Below, one piece after another: positions 36,819 through 39,952 of a stretch of DNA of 39,952 bases (the stretch's first letter is position 1; the number at the start of each line of letters is the position of its first letter). The stretch covers positions 44,760,139-44,800,090 of the forward strand of contig JBOZIK010000001.1 in assembly GCA_051453625.1 (NCBI GenBank). The letters run 5' to 3'. The stretch is from Welwitschia mirabilis (lineage: Eukaryota). A program made the translations under genes and the position numbers. Under the pieces are notes generated by a model. The model was not told the DNA's origin. It did not search any database and saw nothing but the letters and a program-made list of their open reading frames with translations.

Positions 36819-37994
36819 TGATAGGATCAATAAACCTATAGGAGGGAATGGGTGAATAGGTTCTCTTCAAAAACTTTAAGCTTAAAACAACTTAATAATC
36901 ACAAATTGCATATAAAAGAATAATGAAATCAAAACCATGCATACAAAGAATAAATTAAAAAAAATAAAAAATGCAAACCATAANNNNNNNNNNNNNNNNN
37001 NNNNNNNNNNNNNNNNNNNNNNNNNNNNNNNNNNNNNNNNNNNNNNNNNNNNNNNNNNNNNNNNNNNNNNNNNNNNNNNNNNNNNNNNNNNNNNNNNNNN
37101 NNNNNNNNNNNNNNNNNNNNNNNNNNNNNNNNNNNNNNNNNNNNNNNNNNNNNNNNNNNNNNNNNNNNNNNNNNNNNNNNNNNNNNNNNNNNNNNNNNNN
37201 NNNNNNNNNNNNNNNNNNNNNNNNNNNNNNNNNNNNNNNNNNNNNNNNNNNNNNNNNNNNNNNNNNNNNNNNNNNNNNNNNNNNNNNNNNNNNNNNNNNN
37301 NNNNNNNNNNNNNNNNNNNNNNNNNNNNNNNNNNNNNNNNNNNNNNNNNNNNNNNNNNNNNNNNNNNNNNNNNNNNNNNNNNNNNNNNNNNNNNNNNNNN
37401 NNNNNNNNTTGATCTGCACCTCCAATGACTATAAATGACTAGAAAACAGGTAGGTAATAAATACATAATATTTACAAGATTTACTTTTCTATACCGTTCG
37501 GTCGACCTCATAAGAACTTGGTCGACCCCCTCTTGGGTCTAGTCAACCAGTTATCTCTCGGTCTAGAATTATAAACTTTTTCAGCTTCTCAGGTTTGGTT
37601 GACTCCATGAAAACCTGATCAACCACTTTCCTTTTGGTCTGGGAGTTAACTGTCAGCTCCTCAAATCTAGTTGATCTTACAAATATCCAATCAACCCCAT
37701 TCCTCCCAGCTTAGGGCTATTGGTTCTTGAGATCACAGGTCTAGTCAACTCCTTCATAATCTAGTCGACCCTTCTGAGTCTAGTTTATTTCTATTATCTG
37801 CTTCATATGCAATCAACCCCTTTAGGATTGGGTTAACCCCCACTGGAGGTAAACATAATTAAGTAGTTTCTTTTATGCATTTTGGTCCACATCTTTCACC
37901 TATATAACTCAAATTCATCTGCATACAATATGTAATAAATTTGCACTACATCAGAGGAATTAGTTTGACATCAATTGGTAAATAATATCTAATA
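36819..37994 (-). repeat. 3' LTR of S3 (gapped)
   Basis: TGATAGG at 36819; ends ..ATCTAATA before ATCTCCTCTTTGAC. Confidence 0.7.
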
Positions 37995-38320
37995 ATCTCC
38001 TCTTTGACATTGATGGCAAACAATTTAGTGATTTCAAAGATGTAAACAATTTAAACTCATTTAATAAACATTTTTAAGAATACATTAAAAAGTCAAAAAG
38101 CTCCCCCTTACATCAAGACATATACATATGAAAGTAAAAGCTAATATAGATAATCTTTTCTTCCCCTTTAATTAAATACACAAGATCTTCAAAAATTATA
38201 ATAAAAAAAGCATATTGAATTAAATATTAAATTGAAAGCATTATATCTTCTCTCCCCTTTGACATCAATGGCAAATAATAATCATATTTAGTTACTTTTG
38301 AAACATATTCTCCCCATATG
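37995..38320 (-). promoter_or_regulatory. Multiple polypurine tracts of S3
   Basis: Plus-strand CTCCTCTTTGAC (~37997), CTCCCCCTT (38101), CTTCCCCTTT (~38160), CTCTCCCCTTTGAC (~38250), TTCTCCCC (~38308). Multiple PPTs are characteristic of Sireviruses. Confidence 0.75.
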
Positions 38321-38981
38321 TTTTTACCAAATGATAAATAATAATAATCTAAAAATTTTTAAGACATATTGAGGCATTTTAATAGATAAATTATGCTTTA
38401 AATGAAAAAATATTAAATATGCACAAAATTATGCCAAAATTACTTATCAAAATAACACTTATGAATTACATATTTAAATGATACCATTTGAGAATACATT
38501 ATAATACCAAATGATAATGTAACATATGATAAAGTTATTTTAACTTATTTTTTCTTAAGATGATAATTTTAATTTTGTTCCAAAGAATATAGCACTTAAG
38601 AATATCNNNNNNNNNNNNNNNNNNNNNNNNNNNNNNNNNNNNNNNNNNNNNNNNNNNNNNNNNNNNNNNNNNNNNNNNNNNNNNNNNNNNNNNNNNNNNN
38701 NNNNNNTAATTAATTTTTTTTGAGATGATAATTTTAATTTTGTTCCAAAGAATATAGCACTCAAGAATATCAAAATAATGCAAGGATTAAACTCAAACAT
38801 AAGATTGAATTTCATTAACAAAAATAAACTGTTACAAAGTTTCGTACTGAACAAGAAAGAAAGAAGTGCTCATCAACAGCATACATCTGAAAAATTCCAT
38901 AAAGAAGGGCATAAAAATCTCTTTTTGATAACAAGTAAAAAAAAAGAGCAACATAATAAAGATCTAAAACACAAGAAGGAT

Positions 38982-39952
38982 TTAATCTGATTTCTCCTCC
39001 TCTTCTTCTTCTTCCTCCTTAAATTCCTCTTCTAAATCTTCTTCATCTCCACTAGTACGAATAGAGCTGGTACCTTCAACTGAGGTATCCGCAATGTCAT
39101 ATCCAACTACTATGCGTGCTTCTTTTATGTGCCTAGTGCGAGATTCAATCCATTTCAAATATGAAAGAGTTTCATTTGAAGATGTTGCTTTTAGGGTTTT
39201 AGAAGGGGATTTCTTCGAAGGAGCAAAGATATGCATGCAAGACAGAGTTGCATGCCCAATGGTTGATAGGGGCTAAAGAGTCTCCAAAGAAGAATACAGA
39301 TTAACATAAAAATGATGATAAATTTTAGTGATAAGAACAAAGTAAGGTAGAGCCCTANNNNNNNNNNNNNNNNNNNNNNNNNNNNNNNNNNNNNNNNNNN
39401 NNNNNNNNNNNNNNNNNNNNNNNNNNNNNNNNNNNNNNNNNNNNNNNNNNNNNNNNNCGCAATGTCATATCCAACTACTATAAGTGCTTATTTTATGTAC
39501 CTAGTGGAAGAGTCAATTCATTTCAAATATGAAAGAGCTTCATTTGAAGATGTTGCTTTTAGGGTTTTAGAAGGGGATTTCTTTGAAGAAGTAAAGATAT
39601 GCATGCAAGACAAAGTCGCATGCCCAATGGTTAATAGGGACTAAAGAGTCTCCAAAGAAGAATACAGATTAACATAAAAATGATGAGAAATTTTAGTGAT
39701 AAGAACAAAGTAAGGTAGAGCCCTAGTGCTATAGTACTCTAACTGTGAAGCCATATTTTTCAATATTATGGCAGGAGCATTATTAAAATGCTTAGTTCCT
39801 ACCAAATACATCAAATGAGCTCTATAACTGGAGGCCTCATCACGATGGTTAGCTAAAGGTAGAAAATTATAAGTAAAGATAAAATAGATAAAGTGATATT
39901 TTGGAGTCAATAGAGAAGTAAAAATAGTGTGCTTTCAAGAATTCATTTTACT
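38982..39952 (-). pseudogene. Extra ORF of S3, PF20167-like with an acidic tail (partly duplicated around a gap)
   Basis: YNFLPLANHRDEAS..LMYLVG..NAPAIILKNM..ALPYFVLITKISHHFYVNL, then ETLSYLKW and DEEDLEEEFKEEEEEEE. Confidence 0.75.

Larger units (their letters stand above)
36819..39952 (-). mobile_element. Sirevirus-like Copia element S3: 3' LTR, multiple PPTs and extra ORF; runs off the window. A second version of its junction is at 36012
   Basis: GGAGGGGGGTGAATAGG LTR-end signature (~36035, ~36841), GTCGAC-derived repeats, a multi-PPT region, and a PF20167-like ORF. Confidence 0.82.

Noticed and set aside
1-39952. Host genes, tRNA/rRNA genes, or a species assignment
   Set aside because: No exon structure or RNA gene was recognised; the tRNA-like matches are PBSs only. 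The retrotransposon lineages indicate a land plant but nothing finer.

Overview
This is AT-rich, CpG-depleted eukaryotic DNA, almost certainly land-plant heterochromatin, with no intact host gene. It is a stack of decayed, nested LTR retrotransposons broken by ten assembly gaps. In order: a Tat/Ogre-type pol remnant (1-1650); a weakly supported element with a tRNA-Met primer site (~1660-4059); two Sirevirus-like Copia elements (4060-8158 minus, 8159-11259 plus); an Athila-lineage Ty3/gypsy element B (from 11260, minus); a full-length relative A inserted into B's LTR (11632-26136, both LTRs, ATACA target-site duplication); a third relative C inserted in B's integrase (33549, plus); and a third Sirevirus-like element inserted in C's gag (~36012/36819 to the end, minus). 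The most notable structure is the ~5.4-kb post-integrase module shared by A and B. It holds an unrecognised ~215-codon antisense ORF and a sense 'putative plant transposon protein' (PF20167-like) + coiled-coil ORF, which point away from each other across an array of hairpin-forming TTACTCGAAGG-n-CCTTCGAGTAA-like repeats. All ORFs are pseudogenised, mostly by C>T stops. Translations, alignments and identity estimates were made by eye and no database search was run.
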